A DNA stretch of 64,000 nucleotides from an uncultured Thermomicrobiales bacterium (GCA_964244115.1 CAXTHM010000013.1:1035-65034); one strand, 5' to 3'. Positions 38,713 through 48,609 are shown, numbered from the stretch's first letter. Numbers and translations are program-made. The notes: generated from the letters alone by a model not told the origin.

Positions 38713-41031
38713 ATGGCGCGCGAATGGCAGCCTGCCTCGTCCTACCGTCTCACGCCGAGCGACGTCGACGAGTTCGCCGGATCGCACCTGGCACTGGCCC
38801 ATCCGGTCAGCCGGAACTGGTCAGCAGCCCGCGGTGCCGTGCTCTGGGAGGGCGCCGTCGATCTGGCGGGGAGCTTCCCCGGCTTCGCCAGTTGGGGAAG
38901 CCGTGCCCGCTCCGTTCGTCTGACACTGACCGACCGATTCCTGCTGGTCGACGAGGAGACGGAGTACGGCTTCGGTCTCCCGATAGGCTGGCTGTCGGCA
39001 GCCCTGGCGCTGACTGGCGTCGAGCCGATCGCCCTAGAGACAGGCGATCACCTCCGGGTCTGCTATCTCGACGGTCACCAGGTCCGCGGGTTCTCGCTCC
39101 GGGTCCAGGGTGGCCGCTTCGGCAGCCGGTCGGGTCGCCGGGCCAACCAGTTCCGGGCCGCGGCGATCTCACTGGGACTCGCCTCCCCGACGTCGTACCC
39201 CGATCGGCTCCTTCCACCCGAGCACGATCTGTCACTGGGGTGGGATGCCTTCGCGTCATATGAGAGCGAGCCGGTGATCTGGTCGGGACGGGCCGCGATG
39301 CCCATCGGCAGCGGGCTGGAATCGGCCCTCTGCGATGTCTGGCTGACGAGCGCTTCGCTGATCTGGGCGGCGACGTCACGCGCCGGGATCTACCGGATCG
39401 CGACCGGATCGCTCGCCGGGATCACCACAGCCGAAACCCCTGGCCACGAGCCGGTGATCTACTGGACCGTCGACGCGGCCGATCAGACCTACGTCGATCT
39501 CCCGATGATCTTCGGGCGTCCGAACCGTAACGACCCGGACCCGGCAACCCGGGAATCCCTCATCGACCTGCTCGAGGCGCGCGGACACCGCATCGCCATC
39601 CCGGCCAGCCCGCCACAGCCCTGGCGGGCCGTCACGGCCTCCGTCGAGCTCGCCGAACCGACGGTCATCCCGCTGGACGCCGAGATCCCGACCCTGGACA
39701 CCAGAGGCCAGCCGGAGTCCGAGCAGAGTGGGACCACCGATGCCGGTCAGCCAGGGTCCGGCGGCGCGATCAGGCCTGTCGATACCGGGAGACGCCGGCT
39801 GATGGATGACGGTCTCTTCGCGGAGCGCGTGCCTTCGACGCTGCCACCCTCGACGCCCCGACCCTGGGGCGAGCGCGTGGAGCGGGTCAGGGAGGACGTT
39901 TCGGCGGCGAGGACCTCCGAGGAGATGGTCGCCCGTCCGAGCGACCTCCGCCAGCCGCCACTCCCGCCCGGCTCGGTCGTCGATCGGCTCCGGATCTGGT
40001 CCCCCACCGCCACCCATCGGCAGGCGCCCCCGTCTGGCCGAGACGCGACCGCGATGCTGGTTCGGCGTCCGCGCGTCCGGGCAACGACGACCGAGGAGTT
40101 CCTTGCCTCCGAACAGGCCGCGCACGCCGCCAGGTCGGCGGGTATCGCGGCTTCCTCGATCGAAACCGCTCCCGATCCCCGGTCATCCGCCGCTCGACCC
40201 ACCCCTCCGGACCGCGGCGTCATCGTCAGCTTCCGCCGTCCGCGGACCGCGGTCGCCGGCCTCGCGGAGACGGTTCACCGCGCCGAGGGAACAGCGGCGG
40301 CGCGATCGACCTCGTCCTTCGCCACCGTGGGGGGTGCGAGGGCGGCTGGAACCGGCGTCGCGTCCGGGACGGCGGCCGGCCAGCCGAAGGGTGGTGAGTC
40401 GAACGCGATCGTCTCCGACGCCTCGTCGGGCGTTGATCTGGATCTCCCCTCGTCAACGCGGGATGCCTGTGACGCGCTCGGGGCGCCGGAGCGGTCCGGG
40501 CGACCCCTCCCCGGCGCAGCCACGGAAGCGGCTTCGGATCCGCAGGTGTCCGCGGAGGGGAGCCGCCAACCCGACCGTGATGTGGCCACCGACCGGGACT
40601 CCGCTGCGATGTCGCCCGATGCTGCGGTCACCGAGGCACCCTCCGGAATCGGCCAGTCCGTGCCGGACACATCGGCCTCGAATCGACCGACCCATCTGCC
40701 GATCATGCGGTCCGCCCTGTCGGCGATCGACGCGCAACTGCTGATCGCGATGCGCGCGACATCGGGTCCGGCGATTCCGGCCGGTGAGACGGCGATCGCG
40801 GCGACCGCCCCGTTCCTGGCCGAGGCGCTCGTCGAACTCGATGCGGCCGTGTCCGAAGGCGAGTTGGCGCCGAGCGCGGCCGAGACCCACCGCCACGCGA
40901 TGACCCGCTCCGCTGACACGACCGAACGCCTCCGGTCGCTACTGGAGCTCCATGCCCACGGCTACCTGTCGGCCGCAGACCTCGATCGGCGATGCACAGC
41001 CCTGCTCGGTCGCGCTGGCATCCTGAGCTAG
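38713..41031 (+). CDS. Hypothetical 772-aa protein with a structured N-terminal third, a long disordered P/S/A/R-rich middle and a SHOCT-like C-terminus
   Basis: ATG at 38713 with GGGAG upstream. The C-terminus ERLRSLLELHAHGYLSAADLDRRCTALLGRAG resembles the SHOCT short C-terminal domain. No other family recognised. Confidence 0.6.
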   Translation: MAREWQPASSYRLTPSDVDEFAGSHLALAHPVSRNWSAARGAVLWEGAVDLAGSFPGFASWGSRARSVRLTLTDRFLLVDEETEYGFGLPIGWLSAALALTGVEPIALETGDHLRVCYLDGHQVRGFSLRVQGGRFGSRSGRRANQFRAAAISLGLASPTSYPDRLLPPEHDLSLGWDAFASYESEPVIWSGRAAMPIGSGLESALCDVWLTSASLIWAATSRAGIYRIATGSLAGITTAETPGHEPVIYWTVDAADQTYVDLPMIFGRPNRNDPDPATRESLIDLLEARGHRIAIPASPPQPWRAVTASVELAEPTVIPLDAEIPTLDTRGQPESEQSGTTDAGQPGSGGAIRPVDTGRRRLMDDGLFAERVPSTLPPSTPRPWGERVERVREDVSAARTSEEMVARPSDLRQPPLPPGSVVDRLRIWSPTATHRQAPPSGRDATAMLVRRPRVRATTTEEFLASEQAAHAARSAGIAASSIETAPDPRSSAARPTPPDRGVIVSFRRPRTAVAGLAETVHRAEGTAAARSTSSFATVGGARAAGTGVASGTAAGQPKGGESNAIVSDASSGVDLDLPSSTRDACDALGAPERSGRPLPGAATEAASDPQVSAEGSRQPDRDVATDRDSAAMSPDAAVTEAPSGIGQSVPDTSASNRPTHLPIMRSALSAIDAQLLIAMRATSGPAIPAGETAIAATAPFLAEALVELDAAVSEGELAPSAAETHRHAMTRSADTTERLRSLLELHAHGYLSAADLDRRCTALLGRAGILS

Positions 41032-41151
41032 GAACGCGTTCGTCCCCTCTATGTTGAGCTGGTGCGGGGAATGACGGCCGTTCGCCCAGCGGCTTCGGCG
41101 ACCGGCCGGGAACGCCCGATTCCCGGGATCTCGCCGATGGCGGATCGGACC

Positions 41152-41973
41152 CTAGGCCGACGCCGGCGCGGCGATCCCGGCGAGGTCGACCGCCGTCCGG
41201 GCCAGCCGGCCCAGGATGGCGTCGACGTCGTACGGTCGCGTCACGCCGCTCGTCAGGGCGGCGATGATGACCCTGCCGCCGGGGCCATCGAGGATGGCGG
41301 CATCGTGGACGTTCCCGCTGAGGGAACCGCTCTTGCCGGCGAACGCGACCCCGTCCGGCAGATCGCGGCCGAGCCGCTCGACGTGTTGCTGTTGCGCCAG
41401 CAGCGACCGCATCCATCGGCAAGACTCGGCCGACGCGGCCCGGTCGTCGACGATCGCCGCCAGCGCCCCGACCAGGTCGCTGGCCGTGATCTGGTTGCGG
41501 GGCAGGTCATCGGAGGGCAGAGCGCCGAGGAACGGCCGCCGCAGGTGCGTCCCGTCGAGACCGAGGCTCGTCGCGGCGGTCCTGACGCCATCGAGCCCGA
41601 CCGCCTCGATCAGGACGTTGGACGCGGTGTTGTCCGAGATCGCGATCATCAGGTAGGCGTGGTCGTCGATCGTCAGCGACAGCCCCGGCTCCATTCCCTT
41701 GAGCACGCCCGAGCCCGCGATCGTATCGACGGGCCGCGCCGAGCGCCGATCATCATGCCGGAGTCCACCCCGGTCGATCGCCCGGGCGACGGCGATCAGG
41801 ATCGCCACCTTGATGGTGCTGGCCGAGAGGAACGGGATATCCCCGTGACGCGCCCAGGTGATCGGCTCGCCTCCCGTCGGGCGGATCTCGACCGCGATCG
41901 CCATCCGCCCGACAGTGCCGCCGCGCTCCGCCTCGTCGGCGATCTCCTCGAGCCGTCCCCAGTCACTCGACAT
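41152..41973 (-). CDS. Class A beta-lactamase-like serine hydrolase with no signal peptide seen
   Basis: SxxK (SASTIKV), SDN (ISDNTASN) and KSG (GKSGSL) motifs. ATG at 41973 with GGAGGA upstream. Confidence 0.75.
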   Translation of the reverse strand: MSSDWGRLEEIADEAERGGTVGRMAIAVEIRPTGGEPITWARHGDIPFLSASTIKVAILIAVARAIDRGGLRHDDRRSARPVDTIAGSGVLKGMEPGLSLTIDDHAYLMIAISDNTASNVLIEAVGLDGVRTAATSLGLDGTHLRRPFLGALPSDDLPRNQITASDLVGALAAIVDDRAASAESCRWMRSLLAQQQHVERLGRDLPDGVAFAGKSGSLSGNVHDAAILDGPGGRVIIAALTSGVTRPYDVDAILGRLARTAVDLAGIAAPASA

Positions 41974-42119
41974 CACGCTGTCCTCCGGGCCGAACGATTG
42001 CGCCGTTTTCCCCGCGGTCCCTCGGATCGCGAGTGGTACCATCATACGGACGATCGGTTTCCGATGGGCCGACCGGCCCGGCGACTCGATCGCTACCCCC
42101 CTCCTGGAGAACCTCGCGT

Positions 42120-44657
42120 ATGAGTTCAGGCCGGATCACCCGTGCCCGCATGCGTCACCCGTCCGCCCGGCGCCGCGCCGCGATCTATTCCCGCAGCCAG
42201 TACGGCACCCGGCTCCGCTCCCTGCCGCCGCACCTCCTGCCCGGGGTCTCGGGCCGCGGGCAGAAGCGGTCGCGCAAGCTGCCCATCTTCCTCGTCGCCT
42301 TCGCCCTGGTCGGCATCGCGTTCACCGCCGTCGCGGGCGTCGCACTGACGGCCTCGTCAGCAGTCGGCGTCAACATGACCATCGACGAATACCAGGACGT
42401 GACCGGCTCCCTGCCCGACGCGGAGAACATCTTCTCGGAGACGTTCCAGACCACCCGGATCTATGACCGGGACGGGAACCTGCTTCAGGACGTCGACGAC
42501 CCCAACGGCTACTGGCGGACCTTCGTCCCCTACGACCAGATCTCGCCCGACCTCGTCAACGCGACGATCGCCGCCGAGGACGCCACCTACTGGACCCATG
42601 AAGGGGTCGAACCGATCGCGATCGTCCGCGGCGCCTTCATCATCTTCACCGGGGCCGGGTCGTCCGGCGGTTCGACGATCACCCAGCAGCTCGTCCGCGC
42701 GCTCTACCAGGAGGAGATCGGCAACGACTACGCCGTGTCGCGCAAGGTGCGCGAGGCGATGGCGGCCATCAAGCTGAATCAGGACTTCACCAAGACCGAC
42801 ATCCTGACCATGTACCTCAACCAGATCTTCTACGGGCAACGCTCGTACGGGATCGAGGCGGCCTCGGTGATGTACTTCGACAAGCACGCCTCCGAGCTGG
42901 ACCTGGCCGAGGCCTCGCTGCTGGCCGGCATCCCGCAGCTCCCGACCGCCTACAACCCGGTCGTCAACCTCGACTTCGCCAAGCAGCGCCAGGAGTACGT
43001 GCTCGACCAGATGGTCAAGCTCGGCTACACGACCCGGGCCGAAGCCGACGCGGCGTTCGCGGAGACGCTGAACATTCGCGGCGATCGCTCCGGCCAGGTC
43101 CTCGACGACCCGCACTTCACCCAGTACGTCCGCGAGTTCATCACGCAGAAGTACGGCGAGGACGCCCTCTACCGCGGCGGGCTCCGGGTCTACACCTCGA
43201 TCGACAGCGAGCTCCAGGACGCCGCCGAGCAGATCGTGCAGGAGGGTGTGGCGGAGGCCGGGCCATACAGCGTCTCGAACGGGGCGGCGGTGATCGCTTC
43301 GCCGGACACGGGCGAGATCCTGGCGATGGTCGGTTCAGCCGACTTCGACGACCCGCTGATCTCCGGGGAGGTCAACATGGCGACTTCCCCGCGACAGCCG
43401 GGCTCGACGATGAAGCCAATCGTCTACGCTGCCGCCTTCGAGCAGATGCACTGGAACCCCGGCACGGTCCTGCTCGACACCCCGTTCGAGCGCCCGACGG
43501 ATGATCCGAACGAACCATACGCTCCGGGCAACTTCACAGGAAGCTTCTATGGGGCGGTTACCATCCGGACAGCACTCTCCAACTCCCTGAACATCCCGGC
43601 TCTGAAGGCTGCCGACAATGTTCAACCGTCGGCCGTCATGGAGATGTCGACCCGCCTCGGCAACTCGACGCCGTTTCCTGAGGACGCCAATTACTACGGT
43701 TTACAGATCGCCCTGGGTGGTGCCGAGATCCCGCTGGTCGACATGGTGAACTCCTACGCCACGATCGCGAACGAGGGCAGGTACGTCCCCTTCAACCCGA
43801 TTACGAGGATCGAGGACGCGCAGGGCAACGTCCTCTACCAGCTCGACCCGGCGACGTCGCTCACCAACGCCCCGCAGGTCCTGCGGTCCGAGTACGCCTA
43901 CCAGCTGATCGACATCCTGAGCGACAACCAGGCCCGGCAGATGCTGTTCGGGCAGGGCAACATCGCCGAGACGACCCAGCAGGCGCTCGGTCGGCAGATG
44001 GGCACCAAGTCCGGTACGACCAACGACGTCAAGGACAGCCTTCGGATGGGCTTCACGACGGCAGCCGTCGTCGGGGTCTGGACGGGCAACACGGACACCT
44101 CGCCGATGCAGCCGACGCCCGGCAATATCGGGACCGACGCGATCTGGAGCGAGCTGATGCTCCTGATCCACCAGGACCCGCGCTTCACGGACCTGATCGA
44201 GGACGCCGGCGGCAACGCCTACCCGTCGGACTTCGCCCGGCCCGAAGGCATCTACGAGGGGCCGGTCTGCGCCGGGACGAGCCACAACCCCGGTGACGGC
44301 GACGCGACCCGGACCGAACTGCTCGCCCGCGGCAATGAGCCCGTCCTGCTCTGCGACCAGATGTCAGACTGGGAGCAGCGCGACCTGCAGGAGGCCCTCG
44401 ACGGCATCGGCGACCGTCGGCTGGTCGGTGGCGCGGCCGACAGCGTCCGGGAATACGCCAACGAGATCAGCGGCGGCCGGCAGGGCGGCGGTCGCAGCCC
44501 GAGCCAGTCGATCACCTCGACCAACTCCGGCCAGCCCGACCCGAGCGACAGTGGCAACGGGACCGGCAACCCAGCCGGTCCCAGCTCGCCGGCAGATGGC
44601 ACCCAGCCGGGTCAGCAACCGAGTAGCCAACCGTCGATCCAGCCGGTCAACGGGTAA
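42120..44657 (+). CDS. Bifunctional penicillin-binding protein 1A (glycosyltransferase 51 + transpeptidase)
   Basis: GT51 motifs EDATYWTHEGV and GGSTITQQLVR. Transpeptidase motifs STMKP, SNS and KSGTT. N-terminal TM anchor and a low-complexity C-terminal tail. Confidence 0.9.
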   Translation: MSSGRITRARMRHPSARRRAAIYSRSQYGTRLRSLPPHLLPGVSGRGQKRSRKLPIFLVAFALVGIAFTAVAGVALTASSAVGVNMTIDEYQDVTGSLPDAENIFSETFQTTRIYDRDGNLLQDVDDPNGYWRTFVPYDQISPDLVNATIAAEDATYWTHEGVEPIAIVRGAFIIFTGAGSSGGSTITQQLVRALYQEEIGNDYAVSRKVREAMAAIKLNQDFTKTDILTMYLNQIFYGQRSYGIEAASVMYFDKHASELDLAEASLLAGIPQLPTAYNPVVNLDFAKQRQEYVLDQMVKLGYTTRAEADAAFAETLNIRGDRSGQVLDDPHFTQYVREFITQKYGEDALYRGGLRVYTSIDSELQDAAEQIVQEGVAEAGPYSVSNGAAVIASPDTGEILAMVGSADFDDPLISGEVNMATSPRQPGSTMKPIVYAAAFEQMHWNPGTVLLDTPFERPTDDPNEPYAPGNFTGSFYGAVTIRTALSNSLNIPALKAADNVQPSAVMEMSTRLGNSTPFPEDANYYGLQIALGGAEIPLVDMVNSYATIANEGRYVPFNPITRIEDAQGNVLYQLDPATSLTNAPQVLRSEYAYQLIDILSDNQARQMLFGQGNIAETTQQALGRQMGTKSGTTNDVKDSLRMGFTTAAVVGVWTGNTDTSPMQPTPGNIGTDAIWSELMLLIHQDPRFTDLIEDAGGNAYPSDFARPEGIYEGPVCAGTSHNPGDGDATRTELLARGNEPVLLCDQMSDWEQRDLQEALDGIGDRRLVGGAADSVREYANEISGGRQGGGRSPSQSITSTNSGQPDPSDSGNGTGNPAGPSSPADGTQPGQQPSSQPSIQPVNG

Positions 44658-44861
44658 TACGGAATCCGGGTAAACGGTTGTTGGCCCCTTGACACCTGGG
44701 TGGCGGAGCAGACCGCTCCCCCAGCAGAGCGAGACCCCGCTCCGGCTCACCTGTTCGCTCACCCGCTGGCTCGGCTCTCGCTGCGCTGCGGCTCGCAGGT
44801 GCCCAGAGCGGGGAGCAGCACCCACCTGCGGTCACGCACCAAGCGTCAACCCGGATTCCGT
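44658..44861 (+). mobile_element. MITE-like full-length copy of the X-type repeat with terminal inverted repeats
   Basis: 204 bp starting immediately after the PBP1A TAA. TIRs are TACGGAATCCGGGT (44658-44671) and ACCCGGATTCCGT (44849-44861). Internal blocks GTGGCGGAGCAGACCGCTCCCC and GCAGGTGCCCAGAGCGGGGAGCA are shared with the other copies. No transposase ORF. Confidence 0.7.
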
Positions 44862-44988
44862 CTAATCGCCAGCGTTCGTCCTGATCTCACAAAACCGCGA
44901 TCGCAGGCAAGCGACGAGCCGCACGCTCATCCCAGCGTGCGGCTCGTCTCATGGCCGAGGAAAGCGTTCTGATCGTGCCGGGAGAGGA

Positions 44989-45597
44989 TCAGGACCGGGA
45001 CGCCGGCTGAACCTTCCGGGAGCCCTTCGGCCGGCCCGGACCTCGTCGAACGGTCGGCTGACCGTCGACCGTCGTAGTCCGGAGTGCCGCGCTGGGTGAT
45101 CCGGTCGCGTCCTCCCGACGGGACAGTCGGGTGCGAACGCGGACGGTGCCGTCCGGCGCGGTCAGTGCCCGCCACGGGACGGGTGTCGACAGGACCAGGT
45201 CGGCGTCGCAGCGAGCGCCCGTCGATCCGAGGGAATCGATCAACGCCTCCAGGGCCGCCGCATCGGCGACATGCGCCTTGAGGATGAAATTCACCAGACC
45301 ACTGGTCCGGTGCGCTTCGACGACACTCGGCTCATCGGCAATGACGGCGACGAAGGCCTCGATCGCCGTTCGATCCACCTCGGCCCGGACGACAGCGGTC
45401 AGCGGTCGGCCGATCGCGGCGGGCGACACGACCCCGCGGTAGCCGGCGATCACGCCGCGCTCCTCGAGGCGCCGGACCCGTTCGATCATCGCCGGGCTGG
45501 AGAGCCCCACATGCTCGGCGAGTGCCTTCATCGTCAGGCGCCCGTTAGTCTGAAGTTCGTCGATGATCCGCTCGTCGAGCGTATCGATACCGGTCAT
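44989..45597 (-). CDS. Lrp/AsnC-family regulator with a basic AT-hook-like C-terminal tail
   Basis: HTH DERIIDELQTNGRLTMKALAEHVGLSSPAMIERVRRLEERGVI and an AsnC ligand domain. The tail contains RRGPGRPKGSRK. ATG at 45597 with GGATGGAG upstream. Confidence 0.8.
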   Translation of the reverse strand: MTGIDTLDERIIDELQTNGRLTMKALAEHVGLSSPAMIERVRRLEERGVIAGYRGVVSPAAIGRPLTAVVRAEVDRTAIEAFVAVIADEPSVVEAHRTSGLVNFILKAHVADAAALEALIDSLGSTGARCDADLVLSTPVPWRALTAPDGTVRVRTRLSRREDATGSPSAALRTTTVDGQPTVRRGPGRPKGSRKVQPASRS

Positions 45598-46156
45598 TCT
45601 GCATACTCCATCCGTGATCCGGGTAGACCGGATCGAGCGGCACGCCACATCGGCGTCACCGGGGCCGTGCGTTTCCAGAACAAGAGTTGATAAGCCGAGG
45701 ACCGACTTCCGGTTCCTGACAACGTTGTGCGTCAATGGACGACGCAAGAAGTTCGAATTCCATTCCTATCGTAACGAGCAAAGGATCGCTTCGCAACTAT
45801 CGCCAGCGATTATTCAGAATAGTGGTCGGTTCGGGCCGTTCCCACGCAGATCAACTGCGAGACAAACGGCAACCATTCGAAATCCGACACCACGGGTCAG
45901 GCCATGAGAGCATCGGTCAGAACGGTTGGATGTCGGAGTCGGCGGAAACGTCCGCCCGAGGGGTCTGACTCGGAAGAGGATCGCGTCACATCGGAGCGAC
46001 CGTCGATCACGGGGGGCGCCGGTCGCCGCGAGCGGGTTCGGCCGGGGGCGGGTTCATGGGACTCGGCGGAATGGTCGACCGAAGTCGATCGGAGGCTCCC
46101 CGGGATCGCCCACGTTTGCCAGTGGCCGCCAACGCGACCGTGATCGGTCGGAGTCC

Positions 46157-46888
46157 CTACCCGGAACGAGCCGCCGGCTCATCGGAGACCAGCCGGACCG
46201 CCGCGTAGGGCTGCGGGCCGATCTCCGCCCAGCCGCGGGTGACCGCGTAGCGCAGCGCGGCGACCCGGTCGTCGACCTGGAGCTTGCGCAGCACTGACGT
46301 CATGTGGTTCTTGACGGTCTGCTCGGTGATATAGAGCCGCGAGGCGATCTCCTTGTTGGAGTTGCCCATGATCAGGCAGTCCAGCACCTCGAGTTCCCGT
46401 GGCGACAGCGTCGGTCCGAGGTCGGGAGCCTCCCCGCCCTGACTCATGGTCCGGAACTCCTCCAGGACCTTCTGGGCCAGCGCCGGGCTCCTGAGCACGG
46501 ACTGATGGAGCAGGTTCTCGCCGTCGAGGACCGCCACGACCGAGTCGATAATGGTCGCGGGATCGCTGTCCTTGGTCAGGAACCCGAGCGCCCCGGCCCG
46601 GATGGCGGCGAAGAGGCGTTCATCGTCGACATGCATCGAGAGGAAGATGATCGCGACGTTCGGCAGCTGGCGCCGGAGGGCGCTCGCGATCTGCAAGCCG
46701 GTGACGCCGGGCAACTGCACATCCATGATCACCAGATCAGGACGCTCGACCTCGGCCAGGTGCAGCGCCTGATAGCCGCTCGCGGCCTCGCCGATGACGC
46801 TGAGCCGGTCATCGGACGAGAGGATCCGACGGAGTCCCACCCGGAAGAACGGGTGGTCGTCGACGATGAGCAGACGCCGTGTGTCCAT
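46157..46888 (-). CDS. NarL/LuxR-family response regulator (orphan)
   Basis: Receiver LLIVDDHPFF...DLVIMDVQLPG. C-terminal LuxR HTH LSPRELEVLDCLIMGNSNKEIASRLYITEQTVKNH. Confidence 0.85.
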   Translation of the reverse strand: MDTRRLLIVDDHPFFRVGLRRILSSDDRLSVIGEAASGYQALHLAEVERPDLVIMDVQLPGVTGLQIASALRRQLPNVAIIFLSMHVDDERLFAAIRAGALGFLTKDSDPATIIDSVVAVLDGENLLHQSVLRSPALAQKVLEEFRTMSQGGEAPDLGPTLSPRELEVLDCLIMGNSNKEIASRLYITEQTVKNHMTSVLRKLQVDDRVAALRYAVTRGWAEIGPQPYAAVRLVSDEPAARSG

Positions 46889-47234
46889 GACGTGACCCTC
46901 GGTTGCATCCCGGTCCAACGAGTCGTCGTCCGATACGTCACTATCGCGTGGGGGAGCGACCGGCTAAAACGGCGAGGGAAATCAAATCCGTGCCCCGGTT
47001 GACGTTCTACCTGTCTCACTGTACTCGTCCAGGCGGGATAAACTCAGTCCCCCATCTCTCCTATGACTTTCAGCGTTTTGCGCAATACCGGACCAGCACC
47101 CCCATCCGGACCGTCGACCACGCGTATACTTCGCGGCGATTCCTCGCCGCGCCAGCGACGCTCCACCTCCGGACACCGATCATGAGGTGACCACCGGGCT
47201 GGCTGCGCAGAACGCCCGTACGAAAGGTTCCCCC

Positions 47235-48536
47235 GTGTCCAGCGATCGCCCGTCATCCGCGGCCGCGCACCGCCGTGTCGTCGTCACCGGTCTGGGTTCC
47301 ATCACCGCGCTCGGTCCCGATGCGACCAGCACCTGGCGACGGCTCACCGCCGGGGAGACCGGCATTGACCGGGTCGCCGGTCTGGACCCGGACGAGTACG
47401 GCTGCGTGCTCCGCGCCGACATCGACGACGCCACCGAACCCCATCGGTTCCTGACCGGCAAGGCCGCCCGAACGACCTCCCGGTTCTCACGGCTCGCGGT
47501 CGAGGCGGCCGGCGAGGCGCTGATCGACGCCGGGCTGGTCGGCGACGACCTGCAGCCCGTCGAGACGGCGGACCTCTCCGAAGGCGGGGCGCTGATGGGA
47601 ACCTGCCTCGGCGGGACCTACGACGATCTCCTGCCGGCTTACGAGACCTTCCTGGCCCGTGGGGCGAGCCGGGTCCCGCCGCACCTCCACGTCATGTTTC
47701 CGCACAACCTCGCCGCCTACACGATCCAGCACCGGTTCGGGATGGGCGGACCGAGTTCGACCGTGGTGACCGCCTGCTCCACCGGTGCGCAGGCGATCGG
47801 CGATGCGTTCCTGGCCGTCCGGGACGGCCGGGCCCCGATCATGGTCGCCGGCGCGGTGGAGTCGCATCGCAACCCGTTCTTCATCGCCGGGTTCGCGGCG
47901 ATGCGGGCCCTCGTCACGGACAGCAACGACGACCCCGGCGCCGCCGTCCGGCCGTTCGACGTCACCCGGGCCGGGTTCGTCCTCGGCGAGGGCTGCGGGA
48001 TGGTCGTCCTGGAGGACCGCGAGCGCGCCGAGCGACGCGGGGCCCGGATCTACGGCGAGATCGTCGGCTACGCGACGACCAACGATGCCTATCACCCGAT
48101 CGCCCCGCTGCCGGATGGTTCCGGAGCCGCCCGGGCGATGCGCAACGCGATCGCGGACGCCGGGATCAGCCCGGACCGGATCGGACTCGTCAACGCCCAC
48201 GCCGCCTCGACGCCGGCCGGCGACCTCGCGGAGGCGATCGCGATCGCCGATGTGTTCGGTGAGCGGGCGACCTCGATCCCGGTCACGTCCTACAAGGGGG
48301 CGTTCGGCCACTGCATGGGTGGGTCCGGCGCGATCGAGACGGTCGCGACCATCCAGGCGCTCGTCCATGGGACGATCCCGCCGACGCGGAACTTCCACGA
48401 CCACGACCCGGAGGTCCCGGTCCGACTCGATATCGTCGCCGGGTCGGCCCGGCCGACTTCGGCCGAATGGGCGATCAAGAACTCGTTCGGGCTCGGCGGG
48501 CAGAACGCTTCCCTGGTGCTCCGTCGGGAAGGTTGA
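47235..48536 (+). CDS. Beta-ketoacyl-ACP synthase II-like condensing enzyme (second KAS paralog)
   Basis: Active-site TACSTGAQAIG (Cys), NAHAASTPAGD (His) and GHCMGGSG (His). GTG at 47235 preceded by GAAAGG. The ORF could start at 47187. Confidence 0.8.
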   Translation: MSSDRPSSAAAHRRVVVTGLGSITALGPDATSTWRRLTAGETGIDRVAGLDPDEYGCVLRADIDDATEPHRFLTGKAARTTSRFSRLAVEAAGEALIDAGLVGDDLQPVETADLSEGGALMGTCLGGTYDDLLPAYETFLARGASRVPPHLHVMFPHNLAAYTIQHRFGMGGPSSTVVTACSTGAQAIGDAFLAVRDGRAPIMVAGAVESHRNPFFIAGFAAMRALVTDSNDDPGAAVRPFDVTRAGFVLGEGCGMVVLEDRERAERRGARIYGEIVGYATTNDAYHPIAPLPDGSGAARAMRNAIADAGISPDRIGLVNAHAASTPAGDLAEAIAIADVFGERATSIPVTSYKGAFGHCMGGSGAIETVATIQALVHGTIPPTRNFHDHDPEVPVRLDIVAGSARPTSAEWAIKNSFGLGGQNASLVLRREG

Positions 48537-48609
48537 TGCCGCATTCCTGGGCGGTAGGGACCGCCGAGGCGGCCTCGTCGGCCGCGGAGCGTCGCTCGCT
48601 GTCTGAACG

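Noticed and set aside
45751-45762. GTTCGAATTCC, resembling a tRNA T-loop (GGTTCGAATCC).
   Set aside because: The flanks form no complementary T-stem, acceptor stem or anticodon arm. I found no tRNA, rRNA, tmRNA, RNase P or SRP signature anywhere in the window by eye.
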